Under the pieces are notes generated by a model. The model was not told where the DNA came from. It was given only the letters and a program-made list of their open reading frames with translations, and searched no databases. This document shows positions 31,892 through 32,000 of a DNA stretch of 32,000 bases, piece by piece. Location: positions 189,547 to 221,546 of the forward strand of contig NZ_JAUSSN010000005.1 of the NCBI RefSeq assembly GCF_030812335.1. The letters run 5' to 3'. Source of the stretch: Pseudarthrobacter oxydans. Its GTDB lineage: Bacteria > Actinomycetota > Actinomycetes > Actinomycetales > Micrococcaceae. The translations under genes were made by a program, and so were the position numbers. Within the stretch, counting starts at the first letter, position 1. Each line of letters begins with the position of its first letter.

Positions 31892-32000
31892 TCAGGCGAT
31901 GGCGGCCGCGGGCGGGGCTCCGAGGCTGCGCCGCAGCTGCGGGGACGCCTCCAGCTTGTCCTGGGCGGACCGCAGCGCCGCCACCGCGGTCTCGAGCTGC
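31892..32000 (-). CDS. Possible 3' end of a minus-strand gene entering from the right edge
   Basis: Open frame to the window edge, ending in TGA (31894-31892): ...QLETAVAALRSAQDKLEASPQLRRSLGAPPAAAIA*. Too short to identify. Confidence 0.3.
   Translation of the reverse strand, partial: QLETAVAALRSAQDKLEASPQLRRSLGAPPAAAIA

Noticed and set aside
1-32000. Mobile genetic element, prophage, defence island or horizontally acquired island
   Set aside because: There is no integrase, transposase, recombinase, tRNA attachment site or flanking direct repeat, and no recognisable defence genes. By eye, base composition and codon style are uniform across the window. I could not compute GC skew or k-mer deviation, so a quantitative check is still advisable.

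Overview
High-GC actinobacterial chromosomal segment. The Micrococcales/Arthrobacter-like assignment is inferred only from protein similarity and repeat style. I support about 36 protein-coding genes. I found no rRNA, tRNA, CRISPR array, transposase, integrase or recognisable defence gene. Many long ORFs in the supplied track are Arg/Gly/Pro/Ser-rich off-frame or antisense artefacts of the high GC content, and several true genes start well inside their listed ORF.

Left to right:
- 1-901: 5' part of a glycogen-debranching-type enzyme.
- 959-4783: Fe(3+) ABC importer operon, preceded by a near-consensus IdeR/DtxR iron box.
- 4949-10615: GH76-like hydrolase, an SDR plus acyl-CoA dehydrogenase pair, a tetR-DUF1684 operon, and a divergent NADP/F420-type oxidoreductase.
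- 10844-13660: ppc.
- 13673-16695: chelate-type (FecB/FecCD/FecE-class) ABC importer.
- about 16.8-28.1 kb: complete structural locus for a group 1h (formerly group 5, Hhy, high-affinity O2-tolerant) [NiFe]-hydrogenase. On the minus strand it runs hypA-hypB-hhyS-hhyL-hhyE, then three conserved proteins of unknown function, a 39-aa membrane micro-ORF missing from the track, hupD, hypC and a disordered ORF. It is flanked by a divergent NiCoT nickel permease and a divergent DUF6390-like gene.
- Right end: DedA, an RluA-family pseudouridine synthase, an ArsR-SRPBCC pair, and a non-coding array of eight 19-nt repeats.

The best candidate for undescribed biology is the translationally coupled block of uncharacterised genes inside the hydrogenase operon (18881-22708), together with the divergent protein carrying a HypC-like module (16837-17610). 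All functional calls rest on by-eye motif and homology recognition. No database search was run.
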